A DNA stretch of 62,074 nt from a virus, in IMG/VR virus record IMGVR_UViG_3300045988_098821; one strand, given 5' to 3'. The translations under genes and the position numbers were made by a program. Of the stretch, positions 28,249 through 36,574 are shown one piece after another. Positions within the stretch are counted from its first letter, which is position 1; each line of letters opens with the position of its first letter. The notes beneath the pieces were generated by a model, which worked only from the letters and a program-made list of their open reading frames with translations, was not told where the DNA came from and did not search any database.

Positions 28249-28519
28249 TTACGGTCACCTTCTTTACTTGCTTCTGAATCTGATTTACACCAGTACTTGC
28301 AAGTCCTGATACAATTCCTACTGCAATTGCATCAAGAACGTCTGTTGCTGGAAAGTTAGGAATTACATACATTCCAACAACTCCGAGAATTCCTCCGGCC
28401 ACACCAACAATCACAGGGATATAATTATCTTTTACTTTTGGACACAGTTTTGCTCCGAGTCCAACAAGATAAGTAATAACCACGATCGCCAATACGGTTT
28501 CCATTGAAAAAATATCCAT
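28226..28519 (-). CDS. Holin-like membrane protein
   Basis: 97 aa, about 3 TM segments; KVKDNYIPVIVGVAGGILGVVG...AIAVGIVSGLASTGVNQIQKQ resembles clostridial/LL-H-type phage holins. Confidence 0.6.
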   Translation of the reverse strand: MDIFSMETVLAIVVITYLVGLGAKLCPKVKDNYIPVIVGVAGGILGVVGMYVIPNFPATDVLDAIAVGIVSGLASTGVNQIQKQVKKVTVSEDTEQK

Positions 28520-28833
28520 TATTCTTCACCACCATTCATTCTGTTTTCCAGTGTATCAATTCTGTGATGTGCACTCTTTACACTGTCTTCCAGTTTGATT
28601 ATTCTTCCATTGTGAGAATCAAGTTTATCTTTCATCTGAGAAATCTCACTTTTGATATCCTCACTCAAGGAAGAGATGTTATCAAGTTTCATATTGATTT
28701 GTGTGTTCTGCCTAACTCTTTCTTCGATATCCTTTGTGTCCGAACGTTTATTGTTCTTCAAACCGAAGAAAATGGAAAAAGCAACTGAAACCACACTTAT
28801 AATGATTGCTGTCGATATTTCAATAGTCATCAA
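28519..28833 (-). CDS. N-terminally membrane-anchored coiled-coil protein (XhlA-like motif)
   Basis: 104 aa; one TM then a coiled coil with HNGRIIKLEDSVKSAHHRIDTLE; coupled to the holin-like gene. Confidence 0.4.
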   Translation of the reverse strand: MMTIEISTAIIISVVSVAFSIFFGLKNNKRSDTKDIEERVRQNTQINMKLDNISSLSEDIKSEISQMKDKLDSHNGRIIKLEDSVKSAHHRIDTLENRMNGGEE

Positions 28834-28938
28834 TCATTTACCTGCCTTTTTCTTATTTCCATTAGCTGCCCACCACCAAATTAGCTAATACCCTGCGACC
28901 ATTTTGCTGATGTCGGCAATATGGTCACGCACAATCTT

Positions 28939-29277
28939 CTATAAAAAATGAACATACGGAAGCACGTCATTAAATATCGAACTTGAAACATAAGCATTTT
29001 CATAAGAACGGCTGATTGAATTTTCACTATGGCTTGTCTCTCCTTCAGCTCCCTCTTTTGCTTTTAGGTCAACCACAGCCATGGCGATTGTATTCAAATG
29101 CTTTTCCATGTCAGATTCTATCTTCGCATCCGTAAAAGACGGAGGATAGTTTCTGCACTGCTTAAATTTCTCAGTTACGAATCCGATTAACAGTTTTGAT
29201 GGTTTTTCATCGGCAAGCTCTGGAATATCAGACAAGTATTCTACTGATTTCTCATAGATTCTGTCTTCAATTGCCAT
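28939..29277 (-). CDS. Head-tail connector (gp6-like)
   Basis: 112 aa; ...KEGAEGETSHSENSISRSYENAYVSSSIFNDVLPYV fits the connector/adaptor family. Confidence 0.55.
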   Translation of the reverse strand: MAIEDRIYEKSVEYLSDIPELADEKPSKLLIGFVTEKFKQCRNYPPSFTDAKIESDMEKHLNTIAMAVVDLKAKEGAEGETSHSENSISRSYENAYVSSSIFNDVLPYVHFL

Positions 29278-29293
29278 AGCTGCACCTCACGAT

Positions 29294-29545
29294 CTACAGA
29301 TTGAACCTTGTAATAAAGTATTCTTTCAAATCTTGCCCAGTCATATCGTCAACATTTGATACTTCATGTTCTCTTGCCAATTCTTTCAAATCAGCAGTGC
29401 TCATTCTGTTTATGTCTGTTTTCTTATACTTAAACTCTACCGGTATTTGCATTTTCTCAGAATACAGCCCCGGAGTTCCTTCTGGGACTTCTTCTCCTGC
29501 TTTGTACCACTTGCCGTTCATTTTGATAATGTTCTTCGCAAGCAT
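29294..29545 (-). CDS. Small protein with C-terminal HeH/Rho-N-like motif
   Basis: 83 aa; MSTADLKELAREHEVSNVDDMTGQDLKEYF. Confidence 0.45.
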   Translation of the reverse strand: MLAKNIIKMNGKWYKAGEEVPEGTPGLYSEKMQIPVEFKYKKTDINRMSTADLKELAREHEVSNVDDMTGQDLKEYFITRFNL

Positions 29546-29556
29546 CCGATCACCTC

Positions 29557-30645
29557 TTACGCTACTTTCATAACAACAACGCTGTTCATTCCCTCAAATG
29601 ACGGGAGACCAATCATGGATACTACGCAATGAGTATTGATTGGATGCTCTGTTGCATATGTGTAGACAGAAATACCAGTTTCAACAAGTTGAAGATTTCC
29701 TCCGGCAAGGTCTCCACTTCTCTCTTCCGGTGTTCTTCCGAATACGTAGTCTCCAAGATATACTCCTGCTGACTGACAAGAGATAATGTTTGTTGGGATG
29801 AAATACTGTGTTGTTCCAGATTCATCAACATACATCTTGTCATATACCTCGATTTCGATTCCGTACTCTCTCAGATAAGAAAGAACATCTGCCTGTCTTA
29901 CTCTGATACCGCCGTTGTAAGCAGTAATTCCGAGTACCTGTTTCTTTGTGTCTTCTGCTTTCAGAATCATCTCAAATGTCTCTGTATTCATAGAGAATCT
30001 TGTCAGAGAATATCCTGTCTTCTTTGCGAAATCACGTCTTGTGTCGATCAAGTCTTGAAGTGGTGTTGCTGTTGCCGGAACATTCCACTTATCAGATGTT
30101 CCTTGAATCTCAACGAAGTGATCCGCCTTGTGCTTTGCTCCATTGTCTGTTGTGTAATCAATTGTGTATGTCTTGTCTTTGATTTTAACAGTAACTTTCG
30201 GAACACCATCTGGCGGAGCAAGCAACTGCCAAATCTGTCTTTCAGGAACTACCATGGCTCCTTGAATCAGATTCATAGGTTTCTTGCTAATCTGTCTGAG
30301 TACCTGATTTGCAAGATTTGAGTTTTCAGCAGACTGATAGTTCGCATACTGCTGTTCCTCTTTTTCTGTAACCATGTAGGACTCTCTGTAGAACGGCATT
30401 TCGTTCTGGATATCCTGGAATCCACCAACATCTCTTAATTCTGCCTGTGCATCAAAGTTGGATGCTTTCAGAGAGATTGGCTGAGAATTTTCACCAAGGA
30501 TATATCTCATTTCCAGTGAATCCTGTTTTGTTGTTCCAAATTTCTGTCTTCCAAGATACGGTGGAAGCGCAAGAGACGCTTTGTAGTTATCCCACATAAC
30601 TCCAAGACTTCTCGCTGTAAATGCTTGACTTAATGGTAATGCCAT
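29557..30645 (-). CDS. Major capsid protein (lambda gpE-like)
   Basis: 362 aa; gene order scaffold-decoration-capsid as in lambda; C-terminal ...VVSMIGLPSFEGMNSVVVMKVA resembles the gpE C-terminus. Confidence 0.75.
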   Translation of the reverse strand: MALPLSQAFTARSLGVMWDNYKASLALPPYLGRQKFGTTKQDSLEMRYILGENSQPISLKASNFDAQAELRDVGGFQDIQNEMPFYRESYMVTEKEEQQYANYQSAENSNLANQVLRQISKKPMNLIQGAMVVPERQIWQLLAPPDGVPKVTVKIKDKTYTIDYTTDNGAKHKADHFVEIQGTSDKWNVPATATPLQDLIDTRRDFAKKTGYSLTRFSMNTETFEMILKAEDTKKQVLGITAYNGGIRVRQADVLSYLREYGIEIEVYDKMYVDESGTTQYFIPTNIISCQSAGVYLGDYVFGRTPEERSGDLAGGNLQLVETGISVYTYATEHPINTHCVVSMIGLPSFEGMNSVVVMKVA

Positions 30646-30664
30646 GTCTGTTATTCCTCCTTAA

Positions 30665-31009
30665 TTAACCTTCTGCAATCTTTGGTGCTCCGTAAAAAGT
30701 AACTCTCGGAGTCGCTTTTCTTGCTGCATCTGCAATTGAAAGACCTGTTACTTTTTCCCAATCAATCGTTCCCTGATATACATATGTTCCCGGTGCATCT
30801 CCCTGTGTAACATCAACGTCCTCAAGAAGATATCCAAGGCATTCAGCATCATTGGACGGATACGGCGTTCCAGCTTTTACAATTTTCATTCCGTTGTTAT
30901 CTGCCTCAGATACCATTGACTGCTGTACTACGCAAGCAGCTCCCTCATACGGGAAGAACTTCAGAATTCCTTTACCTTGTGTAAAATCTCTTACAATTGG
31001 TTTACCCAT
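30665..31009 (-). CDS. Head decoration-like protein
   Basis: 114 aa; position between scaffold and capsid. Confidence 0.5.
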   Translation of the reverse strand: MGKPIVRDFTQGKGILKFFPYEGAACVVQQSMVSEADNNGMKIVKAGTPYPSNDAECLGYLLEDVDVTQGDAPGTYVYQGTIDWEKVTGLSIADAARKATPRVTFYGAPKIAEG

Positions 31010-31023
31010 TGCTTAATTCCTCC

Positions 31024-31614
31024 TTATTTCAAAACGTAGTAGTCTTTTACAGACTGCTCACTCTGTTTGTTGCCGAAAACAATAGATTCTGCATTTTTCA
31101 CATCTTCCGGCTTATCATCTTGTTTTCCACCGCCCGGATTCCCACCGCCCGGATTAATTGAACCGTTAGCGATTTCCTGTTCTTTTGCCTGCGCGGCGGC
31201 TGTTTCTTTATCGGCAATAATCTGTGACATGGAATCAATGGCTGTCTTTGCAAGATCGTAATTGTCTTGAAAACCAGCAAGAACATTCTCTGCCTGTTCA
31301 CCCGTCAGTCCTTTTTCAGCAGCATAAGCACGAATATCTTTCTTGATGTTCTCTTTCTGCAATGCATCAATCTGTTTTCTCAGCTTCTCAATCTCGTCAT
31401 CGTTCTGTGGTGCCGGATTTGGGTTCGGCTGTGGATTTGTAACTGGTGCCGGTGTAGGCTGTGGCTGAGGTTCCGGCTTTGGTGCTGGATTTGGGTTCGG
31501 TGCCGGTGCTGGTCTGTTATTATGAAACTGATTCAAATAATTAGTGACCTGTGCATCTGTCGGCTCTTCAATCCCTAACGCAACCAAATTTTGTTTTGCT
31601 TCTTCTCTTGTCAT
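31024..31614 (-). CDS. Scaffolding protein
   Basis: 196 aa; Pro-rich linker PAPAPNPNPAPKPEPQPQPTPAP then helical region; position after the portal. Confidence 0.6.
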   Translation of the reverse strand: MTREEAKQNLVALGIEEPTDAQVTNYLNQFHNNRPAPAPNPNPAPKPEPQPQPTPAPVTNPQPNPNPAPQNDDEIEKLRKQIDALQKENIKKDIRAYAAEKGLTGEQAENVLAGFQDNYDLAKTAIDSMSQIIADKETAAAQAKEQEIANGSINPGGGNPGGGKQDDKPEDVKNAESIVFGNKQSEQSVKDYYVLK

Positions 31615-31750
31615 CGTTATTACCTCCGTGATCTACATTTGATTTCGCTGTTCTATCAGCATGGATTTTTTCTTTTTCCATTTGACGCATGGATGCAAAT
31701 TTATATAGAAAAAGCCACCCACTGATTTCTCAATGACTGGCTTATTTCTA

Positions 31751-31993
31751 CTATCCTAATTTCTGCCAACTCTTTGTCTCAGAGTTGAATTTGTATAATT
31801 CAGATGTGTCTAACATCAAACAGGAACTTCCTGCATCTACATAAGTCGGGAGCTTATCAACATCTTTTGACTGAGCTTCATAGCTTCTAACATTTCCCGA
31901 TGCTTCGGTGCAAACAATGCTCCCCATATCCGGCACATCTGTTCCCGGAGTATACGTCTGTCCGTCTTGTTTTACTGTGTAGTTGTATTTCAT
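31751..31993 (-). CDS. Hypothetical protein (80 aa)
   Basis: ORF track; overlaps the portal stop. Confidence 0.55.
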   Translation of the reverse strand: MKYNYTVKQDGQTYTPGTDVPDMGSIVCTEASGNVRSYEAQSKDVDKLPTYVDAGSSCLMLDTSELYKFNSETKSWQKLG

Positions 31994-33459
31994 TTTTTTA
32001 CCTCCGGCGTTTTGTTGCCATTCAAATTCTGATCGTTTCCTAGTTCTTGATTCTGATTAGAATTATCATCTATCTGATTTTGCTTATTTTCATCATCAGA
32101 GGTCTTGTAAAGCACATCCAGATAAGGCTTGGACAGAATGTAAGCTTTTTCACTATCTGGGAACAAAGTGCTGAGCTCATATGCAAGTTTCGGATGAGTG
32201 CCGTCTTTCAACAGGTAGTCCAGAAACTGTGCCTTTACTAGCATATTATCCATAGGGCTGTGATTAATAATCACTTCAAACTGGCTTGTATCAATCGGAC
32301 ATTCATTTTTCCCTTTTCTTACACGAATAATATTCAAGATAACTTCATTCAGTCTTTGTTCTGACTCTTGAATAATCGGGTCTTTCAGTTTTCCTCTCGT
32401 CTTAGCCATATCCCATCCGTTGCGGAGTTGTACCGCCCCTTGAGTGTCACCACCTGTGTTTCCTTCAAGTTTAGGAATGGCAAGAATCTGTAGGATATTA
32501 TCCAACAAGTCTTGCTTTGCAACCTGTGACTGAGTCTGATTGAGTTCTTGTGTCATAATATCTACATCAGCTTTATTGTCAGTACCATTGTTTGATTTTA
32601 CAACAAGAGCGCCCTCCATTTTCATCTGTTGGAATGTCTCATGGTCAACTGTACAGTTTACAAATTTCACCCAAGCACTAACGAACTGCTCAATGCTGTC
32701 CATTCTGTTTGACTGCATATTGTTAATTGCATCAAACATGGATGCTACAAGCTCAATATCAGAAATTCTTTCAAAATTGTTTGGGTATTCAACAATAGGA
32801 ATTCCACCAAACGCATGTACACCCCATTGTTCAACTTTTCCGTCTTTGATAATGCATTGGTGCGTTTTTGTGTGGCATGACTTATACCATTCACCATTCA
32901 AGTCCTTGAATTCCTGAACAGAAACAAGCGGTTCTTCCGTAATAGATGAATAAATGATGTAGGTATTCATCGGAGTTGGAACTGTAATTCTGAACGGCAT
33001 TTTTTCTCCCTGTTTTTCAAACTGAGCAGCTAAAAAAGCTGTTCCAGTTGCCGACTGCCACTCACCAGCTCTGATATTTCTAGCATGTTTATGAGCGCGT
33101 CTCAAATAATTATTGAACACGTCAACATATTCACTGATATTTTCCTTTACAATACTCACGCACTGCAACGGTTCTCCATAGGACTGTCCAACTTTAAACT
33201 GAACTGCTTCATAAGCGTGATTTTCTACTACTTTGTTTACCACATCATCTCTTATCGTCTTTGTACGGTACAGAATCGGTTGATCTCCTTTGTAGTAGTC
33301 CCACAAATATTTAGTAACACTTTTGTTAAAGTAAAAGATTCCAAGTGTTTCCCCTACAACTTCCAAAATATTGCTTTGATCAACCTCTTCGACATTTGCA
33401 TATGCAATTTTTCTTCCGTATTTGCCTTTTACAAGGTCTTGTAGAGTATGCTTGTTCAT
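31990..33459 (-). CDS. Portal protein
   Basis: 489 aa; size and position downstream of TerL; SPP1-type features by recollection. Confidence 0.8.
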   Translation of the reverse strand: MNKHTLQDLVKGKYGRKIAYANVEEVDQSNILEVVGETLGIFYFNKSVTKYLWDYYKGDQPILYRTKTIRDDVVNKVVENHAYEAVQFKVGQSYGEPLQCVSIVKENISEYVDVFNNYLRRAHKHARNIRAGEWQSATGTAFLAAQFEKQGEKMPFRITVPTPMNTYIIYSSITEEPLVSVQEFKDLNGEWYKSCHTKTHQCIIKDGKVEQWGVHAFGGIPIVEYPNNFERISDIELVASMFDAINNMQSNRMDSIEQFVSAWVKFVNCTVDHETFQQMKMEGALVVKSNNGTDNKADVDIMTQELNQTQSQVAKQDLLDNILQILAIPKLEGNTGGDTQGAVQLRNGWDMAKTRGKLKDPIIQESEQRLNEVILNIIRVRKGKNECPIDTSQFEVIINHSPMDNMLVKAQFLDYLLKDGTHPKLAYELSTLFPDSEKAYILSKPYLDVLYKTSDDENKQNQIDDNSNQNQELGNDQNLNGNKTPEVKK

Positions 33460-33468
33460 TTCTTCACC

Positions 33469-33666
33469 TTAAATCAAAAAAGTCATTCCACTACTGCAAT
33501 TTCTAATTGGCAGCGACTTCCTGACTGTTTCTCCCGTTGCTACTTTGAAAATAATCTTTTTGTTACACTTCTTTCATCGACAGACTTTGTCGATTTTTCC
33601 TTTTCCGTCATAAGTGCCAACTTTCCTGTTGCACTTCGGACAATAGATTGTTTGTTCTTTTACCAT
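33469..33666 (-). pseudogene. Com-like zinc-ribbon ORF interrupted by an in-frame UGA at codon 31
   Basis: Hand translation MVKEQTIYCPKCNRKVGTYDGKGKIDKVCR-TGA-KKCNKKIIFKVATGETVRKSLPIRNCSSGMTFLI-TAA; TGA at 33576-33574; the final TAA abuts the portal RBS. Confidence 0.5.
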
Positions 33667-33678
33667 GTTTTTCACCAA

Positions 33679-33713
33679 TAAAAAATGCACCTGGTTCGTC
33701 ATTCCAAGTGCAT
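33679..33713 (-). terminator. Intrinsic terminator upstream of the Com-like ORF and portal
   Basis: Minus-strand GCACTTGG-aatgacgaa-CCAGGTGC then TTTTTT; a TGATATAAT extended -10 lies about 60 nt upstream. Confidence 0.65.
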
Positions 33714-33842
33714 CTTTGAAAAAAGGATTATGAGAATTATTATGTATCCTCAAGTTGTATTTCTTCGATTATTATTATATCACGTCAAGTATTTGGAAAA
33801 GTAGTGAAAGAATGTGAAATTATATGAAATTATGTGAAGTGA

Positions 33843-34265
33843 TTACAGATAATAAGAGCCGAAATACTTCTCAAACTCTTGTAATGCTCTTCCATGAATT
33901 GACATTGCATTCCGGAAAGTGCATCCCATCTCCACGCTGATTACATTCCAGTCTTTGCATAAGACGTATCTTTCGTACAAGATTCTGTATTGATTTGTAT
34001 TTGGAATCATCTCTATCTGTTGGACAATTTCTTTTTTCTTTTTTAGTGAGCGTTCAACAGAATCTGCAAGCTCTGCTTCTGCATCTGCAATTTTAGAGAC
34101 AAGACTTCCCATTTTGTCCGGTTCTCCACTGCTCTGGACATTAACTTCTTTCGGAGACACAGAAATAGAACAAGCCATATCTCTCAACTGATTAATTTCT
34201 TCCATTTTGTTCTTAATTCTGAAATTTAACCTTGAAATCTGTCCTAAATATGTTTTTGTATCCAT
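33843..34265 (-). CDS. Sigma-70 region-4-like regulator (DUF1492/ArpU-like), candidate late regulator
   Basis: 140 aa; YLGQISRLNFRIKNKMEEINQLRD...YRILYERYVLCKDWNVISVEMGCTFRNAMSIHGRALQEF. Confidence 0.5.
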   Translation of the reverse strand: MDTKTYLGQISRLNFRIKNKMEEINQLRDMACSISVSPKEVNVQSSGEPDKMGSLVSKIADAEAELADSVERSLKKKKEIVQQIEMIPNTNQYRILYERYVLCKDWNVISVEMGCTFRNAMSIHGRALQEFEKYFGSYYL

Positions 34266-36010
34266 TATCTATACCCTCCTCTAAACGGATTGTGTACCGC
34301 TTCGACTCTTGGTGGTTCCCATGTTCCCTCAATAAAATATGCAAGCGACGCAAGGCAATCAGGAGCGTCTTCATGCTTGTTTTTCCCCTTAATGGTAAAA
34401 GAGTATAGATTCCTCATAAAGTTCCTATATTCTTGATTTCTGAACCCAGTATCGCGAAAATAAAACTCACGTATAGAACCGGCTTTGTCCCAAATTCTCT
34501 GACTTTTTCTCATTGATGTAGGTGCATACTGAGAAACAAGAGTTACCTTATGTCCTTTTTCTCTCAGTATTTCGTCCACTTCATCTTTGTAACCCTCTCC
34601 ACCTTGGTTTGATTCAAAATACACACTTCCTATGTTGTGGTCAATAATCATATTCACAACTTTTGGCTTTGTGATTTTCTTTTCTGAATTATCAAAAATG
34701 ACATCATCAATGTATATGGACCCGTCTTCGTACATGTAAGCCACGGCAAATGCCAAGTAGTCTTCACCTCCGAGAGCCACATCACATGCAGCGCAAATTC
34801 TATATGGTTCTTGAGCTGGGAGCACTCCATTGTAGAATCTCATGTGTTCTTGATTAAATACAGCTCCGTCCCTTTCAATAGGTTCCTGCTGGCACTGTGC
34901 ATACCATCCGGCCATATCATCGTTTTCTTCAAATTTTGCACGTTTGATCCTATAGAATTTTGTTGAAAATCCAACTCCATAGTCATAATCAAAGTTACTT
35001 TCATCTGTAACTGGATCAAGTGCTGGAATCTTCAAAATATCATACCTGATATCTTTTGCCTCTGGATTGTTCTCTAAAAAATCCAATCTGTCCATGTAGA
35101 TATCTTTCAGACTCCAAATTGTACCGTTGTAGATTATTTTGCATTTCTCTTTCTTACGGGTCATTACGTTGTTGTCAAAGATGGTCTGCTTTCTTTTGAG
35201 AACATCTGGGTTTAAAACATCCTGAATACCCTCGATAATGTCATCAACAATTAGCCATCCATACGCATCGTATTCGCCGTTAAGTCCGGATGTAAGTCCT
35301 TTTCCGGAAAGAGATTTATATTTTTTCTTTCTTCCTAAATCAACTTTATTGTTTTTCAAGTCAGTATCTTTGATAATTCCTTTTGGGAACACCTCTTTAA
35401 AGCAATAAGTCGGGTCGGTCCATATTTCCATAACTCCATCAAGGAACGCACTTCCAAGGCCCTCTTTGTATGTTACGTACAAATTGCTCGCTTCCATATC
35501 TCTAGCGCATTTCCATGAAGTAGCAAGCGTAAGTTCTTGGCTTTTACCAACACGGGCAGGCATATGAACAAACAGTTCATCTAATAAATCGTCTTCAAGC
35601 ATCTGAATCTTGTCAGTTACCAATTTCAGTGTTTTTCTTCTTGGCTCGTAGAATCTGTCTCTTCGTTTTCTGTTTTTTTCCACATACAGCATATAGCTGT
35701 CAAGAATTTCCGGTGCTTCTATTTTCAAAATCTTATAATACTGATTAATCAAGTCAAACTCTGTCTTATTCTGCTGAGCATAATCTTCAAGCCACGCAAA
35801 ATCCCCACCGTTTGTCTGTTTTTTTATGATTTGATTAACAATCTGCTTTGCTCTATCAGAAACTTGCAATCCGTACTTTATGTCTTTCTCTTGCTCAAAT
35901 GCAGTCTGAACCGCAAGGATGTACGCATCAAGCACCTGTTCATCAATCCCCTTACGCTCTATGTAATTTTCATACCCTTTTACGGTTTTAATCAAATAAT
36001 CGCTTGCCAT
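34265..36010 (-). CDS. terL: Terminase large subunit
   Basis: 581 aa; Walker-A-like HMPARVGKSQ; size and position upstream of the portal. Confidence 0.85.
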   Translation of the reverse strand: MASDYLIKTVKGYENYIERKGIDEQVLDAYILAVQTAFEQEKDIKYGLQVSDRAKQIVNQIIKKQTNGGDFAWLEDYAQQNKTEFDLINQYYKILKIEAPEILDSYMLYVEKNRKRRDRFYEPRRKTLKLVTDKIQMLEDDLLDELFVHMPARVGKSQELTLATSWKCARDMEASNLYVTYKEGLGSAFLDGVMEIWTDPTYCFKEVFPKGIIKDTDLKNNKVDLGRKKKYKSLSGKGLTSGLNGEYDAYGWLIVDDIIEGIQDVLNPDVLKRKQTIFDNNVMTRKKEKCKIIYNGTIWSLKDIYMDRLDFLENNPEAKDIRYDILKIPALDPVTDESNFDYDYGVGFSTKFYRIKRAKFEENDDMAGWYAQCQQEPIERDGAVFNQEHMRFYNGVLPAQEPYRICAACDVALGGEDYLAFAVAYMYEDGSIYIDDVIFDNSEKKITKPKVVNMIIDHNIGSVYFESNQGGEGYKDEVDEILREKGHKVTLVSQYAPTSMRKSQRIWDKAGSIREFYFRDTGFRNQEYRNFMRNLYSFTIKGKNKHEDAPDCLASLAYFIEGTWEPPRVEAVHNPFRGGYR

Positions 36011-36013
36011 AAC

Positions 36014-36061
36014 GCAAAAAAGTGCCCCCTAACTCTTAAAATAAAAAAGTTAAGGAGCACT
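36014..36061 (-). terminator. Strong intrinsic terminator ending 4 nt before the TerL start codon
   Basis: Minus-strand AGTGCTCCTTAAC...GTTAGGGGGCACT (13 bp including 2 G-U) then TTTTTT. The G-U pairs become A-C mismatches on the plus strand. Confidence 0.7.
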
Positions 36062-36101
36062 CCCCTGTTCCCTGTCCGCATCCGGGCATGAGCTTCTGTA
36101 T

Positions 36102-36266
36102 TTACTTTACGATCTTTTCTTTGTGACTGGTAATCTTCGCCCCGTCTTTTGTCGGTCGGATTGTCACTGTATAACCGGAATTCACCACCAAACTTGCAAT
36201 ATCTTCCATTTTGCAATTAATCACGCGTTTTACTTCATTTTTTCTCATTTCATCGTCCATTTTCAT
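36102..36266 (-). CDS. Small hypothetical protein (54 aa)
   Basis: ATG 36266 (MKMDDEMRKNEVKRVINCKMEDIASLVVNSGY...) preferred within track ORF 36102..36317. Confidence 0.5.
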   Translation of the reverse strand: MKMDDEMRKNEVKRVINCKMEDIASLVVNSGYTVTIRPTKDGAKITSHKEKIVK

Positions 36267-36268
36267 AA

Positions 36269-36460
36269 CTATTTCTTCCTTTCGAACAGTTCTTCTGGCA
36301 GTGGTTCTCCCATCCAAACCATTCTTAGATATTTGCGGAATGTCGGAGTACAGACACCCATTTTCTTTGCCGCTTCATCCATTTTAATTTTATGGCTGCA
36401 ATAATCATTAATTGCTTCAACAAACTTTTCTCTGTCAAGCACCTTAATTTTTCTTCCCAT
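36269..36460 (-). CDS. Small HTH DNA-binding protein upstream of TerL
   Basis: 63 aa; AAKKMGVCTPTFRKYLRMV HTH-like. Confidence 0.5.
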   Translation of the reverse strand: MGRKIKVLDREKFVEAINDYCSHKIKMDEAAKKMGVCTPTFRKYLRMVWMGEPLPEELFERKK

Positions 36461-36503
36461 CGGAACTCTCCTTTCTTCTCTTCACATTTCCAATTATTTC
36501 AAA

Positions 36504-36574
36504 CAAGCGTAACTGGAATCGAACCAGTACATCAGGAGTCAAAGTCCTGTGCTCTGCCTTTAAGCTATACGCCC
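36504..36574 (-). tRNA. tRNA-Gln (anticodon UUG)
   Basis: Hand fold: GGGCGTA/TA/GCTT-AAAGGCA-GAGC/A/CAGGA-CTTTGAC-TCCTG/ATGT/ACTGG-TTCGATT-CCAGT/TACGCTT/G; two G-U pairs at the acceptor end. Confidence 0.8.

Noticed and set aside
31390-31520. Repetitive ggtgccgg/gggttcgg DNA.
   Set aside because: It is simply the Pro/Ala/Asn-rich linker (PAPAPNPNPAPKPEPQPQP..) of the scaffolding protein and is in frame.
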